64,000 nt of DNA, taken from Eledone cirrhosa. Its lineage: Eukaryota. Both the position numbers and the translations under genes were made by a program. The DNA is taken from positions 434,620,001 to 434,684,000 of the forward strand of contig OZ024740.1 of NCBI GenBank assembly GCA_964016885.1. Direction: 5' to 3'. Of the stretch, positions 62,690-64,000 are shown piece after piece. Numbering within the stretch: the first letter of the stretch is position 1; every line of letters starts with the position of its first letter. The notes under the pieces are model-generated. The model ran no database searches, was not told where the DNA came from, and saw only the letters and a list, made by a program, of their open reading frames with translations.

Positions 62690-63057
62690 GCTATTGGTCT
62701 TTGCTTGACTCAGGTCTGTGGTCCTGGCAATACTAGACAACACCTGCTCACTGCCCAGAAATGTCTGCAGCTGCCACAGCATATTGAGCTGTCTATGCAG
62801 AATGACCACCTGACCAGTGGTGCATGTCTCTTCTTCAAGAAACAAAAGAGCAGGCACTCTAACCTGGTTAAGATCAAAATTGGAGCAAGCCACAATAATA
62901 TATAATAGATGTGATGTTTACATTCATCACCTCTCACCTTTCAGGGCTAGCTTCCTGCCAGTTCAATTCTGGGAGAGACCGAGAAACTAACCACTCTGGT
63001 TGTAATCTTATCCCAGTTTTTATTAAGAATGATTCTTTTATATGTTTTTTTTATCTT

Positions 63058-63392
63058 AAAATAATAATGAAAATTATTGTGTACAATGTTCAGGTGTACT
63101 ACAACTCATCAAAGGTGCATGTATAGTACATAGAATAAGGTACAAAAGTCAGGAAAGTGAACAGTGTAAGAGTCATGATATACATGCATACATGTTTATG
63201 GAGAGGAACATCAGGTATAGTGCTGGCGAATTTTGGGAGGTTTTGAAGGATACAGTGTCCTGACAGCTAACAACTGATGCAGGTAGTTTGTTTCATGCTT
63301 CAGCAACTCTGAGCATGAAAAAATGTTTCTGAAAGTCATGGGAGCTGTGCTGTTTTCTGACTTTGTAGGCATGTCTACGGTATGTTAGACAT
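63058..63392 (-). mobile_element. Decayed CR1-clade LINE 3' end
   Basis: Minus strand reads HAYKVRKQHSSHDFQKHFFMLRVAEA*NKLPASVVSCQDTVSFKT, the CR1 ORF2 C-terminal motif (TRGH..K....FF..RV...WN.LP..VV......FK). Confidence 0.8.
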
Positions 63393-64000
63393 ATGGTGTC
63401 ATGTCCACAGTATGTTAGACATGGTGTCATGTCTATGGTATGTTAGACATGGTGTCATGTCCACAGTATGTTAGACATGGTGTCATGTCTATGGTATGTT
63501 AGACATGGTGTCATGTCTATGGTATGTTAGACATGGTGTCATGTCCACAGTATGTTAGACATGGTGTCATGTCTATGGTATGTTAGACATGGTGTCATGT
63601 CTATGGTATGTTAGACATGGTGTCATGTCCACAGTATGTTAGACATGGTGTCATGTCTACGGTATGTTAGACATGGTGTCATGTCTACGGTATGTTAGAC
63701 ATGGTGTCATGTCTATGGTATGTTAGACATGGTGTCATGTCTATGGTATGTTAGACATGGTGTCATGTCTATGGTATGTTAGACATGGTGTCATGTCTAT
63801 GGTATGTTAGACATGGTGTCATGTCCACAGTATGTTAGACATGGTGTCATGTCTATGGTATGTTAGACATGGTGTCATGTCCACAGTATGTTAGACATGG
63901 TGTCATGTCTATGGTATGTTAGACATGGTGTCATGTCTATGGTATGTTAGACATGGTGTCATGTCCACAGTATGTTAGACATGGTGTCATGTCCACAGTA
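63369..64000. repeat. 28-bp minisatellite running off the window end
   Basis: Unit CATGTC(TATG/CACA)GTATGTTAGACATGGTGT with a CATGTCTA...TAGACATG palindrome. Confidence 0.97.

Overview
Eukaryotic (animal) genomic DNA; the retroposon repertoire suggests a coleoid cephalopod such as an octopus (inference). The window lies inside one + strand gene that the ORF track misses: ten short exons splice in frame into the central part of a choline transporter-like (CTL/SLC44A) protein. The gene has a U12-type minor intron (10765-12196) and a 42.4-kb intron (19226-61655) filled almost entirely by a 36.8-kb modular 37-47-bp satellite and a 4.4-kb 50-bp satellite. The introns also hold an uninterrupted RTE-clade LINE ORF (RT with an inserted PHD-like finger), decayed RTE and CR1 fragments, two tRNA-SINE families and a ~1-kb foldback element. 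The most striking pattern is that three separate tandem arrays trace to the 3' ends of non-LTR retroelements: the 20/21-mer to the RTE C-terminal coding motif, the 28-mer to the CR1 'TRGH' motif, and the 45-mer to the shared RTE/SINE 3' tail. The giant ORFs in the ORF track are repeat artefacts. All coordinates and alignments were read by eye.
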